IMG/VR virus record: IMGVR_UViG_2562617057_000002
Source of the DNA: a virus
Lineage: Duplodnaviria; Heunggongvirae; Uroviricota; Caudoviricetes
Reading direction: 5' to 3' (one strand)
DNA length: 27,684 nt
The position numbers and the translations under genes are program-made. The notes below the pieces were generated by a model that was not told where the DNA came from, made no database searches, and worked only from the letters and a program-made list of their open reading frames with translations. Positions 27,314-27,684 of the stretch are shown here, one piece after another. Position 1 is the stretch's first letter, and each line of letters opens with the position of its first letter.

Positions 27314-27342
27314 ATTGGAAATCAAAAGGCTATTTTAGGTAA

Positions 27343-27684
27343 TTAACAGAGTTTTTCAGCTCGTTCTATAAACGGTGCCAGACTCATTTTTTCGCCGGGA
27401 TTGTTAGGATCATCAATCTGAATCACCGAAATGGGTTGGGCATTGGTCTTCCCACTGGCAACTTCCTTTTGTGCGATATCGTTTAAAGGATACTGCACGA
27501 GGGTACTCGGATTAATAACATACAAAGCATTACCCGGTCGGCAAGTCAGCATCACCTCTTCGCGATTAAACGCCCATTTGTCTTTACCCACTTCAAAACG
27601 ACTGACGGTAATCACCTGCGGTGCAGCCAGCGCCGCTGCAGAACTGGTGAGTAACAGAAACGCCAGAATACTTTTTTTCATCAT
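27343..27684 (-). CDS. Secreted/periplasmic protein with Sec signal peptide (YebY/DUF2511-like by recollection); probable host flanking gene
   Basis: 113 aa; signal peptide [25 protein letters not shown] is at the last bases of the window; moderate GC unlike the adjacent AT-rich prophage arm. Confidence 0.5.
   Translation of the reverse strand: MMKKSILAFLLLTSSAAALAAPQVITVSRFEVGKDKWAFNREEVMLTCRPGNALYVINPSTLVQYPLNDIAQKEVASGKTNAQPISVIQIDDPNNPGEKMSLAPFIERAEKLC

Overview
This 27.7-kb window reads as a lambdoid (Rac/Qin/phage-21-like) prophage of an Escherichia/Shigella-type genome, heavily colonised by insertion sequences. All calls are from reading the sequence and the supplied ORF track; no database search or folding was run, and family names are by recollection. 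Layout, low to high coordinate: (1) an IS21-family right end (istB) inserted into the spanin gene Rz; (2) a lysis cassette on the minus strand (S21-type pinholin, SAR endolysin, truncated Rz); (3) a phage tRNA cluster (Ile2-CAU, Arg-UCU, a Thr-UGU-like tRNA, plus a degenerate fourth tRNA-like element); (4) a pR'/tR'-like late promoter and terminator with a Q-like antiterminator, a YbcO-like and a DUF1367-like gene; (5) an IS66-family element (tnpA/B/C); (6) an AT-rich accessory block with an unannotatable two-gene membrane cassette, a Hok-family toxin and small acidic proteins; (7) three nin-region-like HTH/zinc-finger genes; (8) an IS110-family element with a long structured 5' non-coding arm; (9) replication genes (DnaB-like helicase, O-like initiator with iteron-like repeats); (10) an immunity region (Cro-like and YdaT-like genes leftward, CI/RacR-like repressor rightward with a leaderless start); (11) an early-left operon with small genes, an opposite-strand coiled-coil/zinc-ribbon gene, a 750-bp non-coding gap, a Phd/ParE toxin-antitoxin pair, Rha, and a RecE-N-terminal-like gene split by IS4, followed by a RacC-like gene and a P-loop ATPase; (12) xis, int, an att-arm-like repeat region and a secreted-protein gene that is probably host flank. 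No CRISPR array, rRNA or stx genes were seen. The best candidates for undescribed biology are the two-gene membrane cassette (6880-7907), the opposite-strand coiled-coil/zinc-ribbon gene (17163-17630) with its adjacent non-coding region, the nuclease-less RecE-like/RacC-like/ATPase module, and the IS110 non-coding arm (possible bridge RNA). All are hypotheses.
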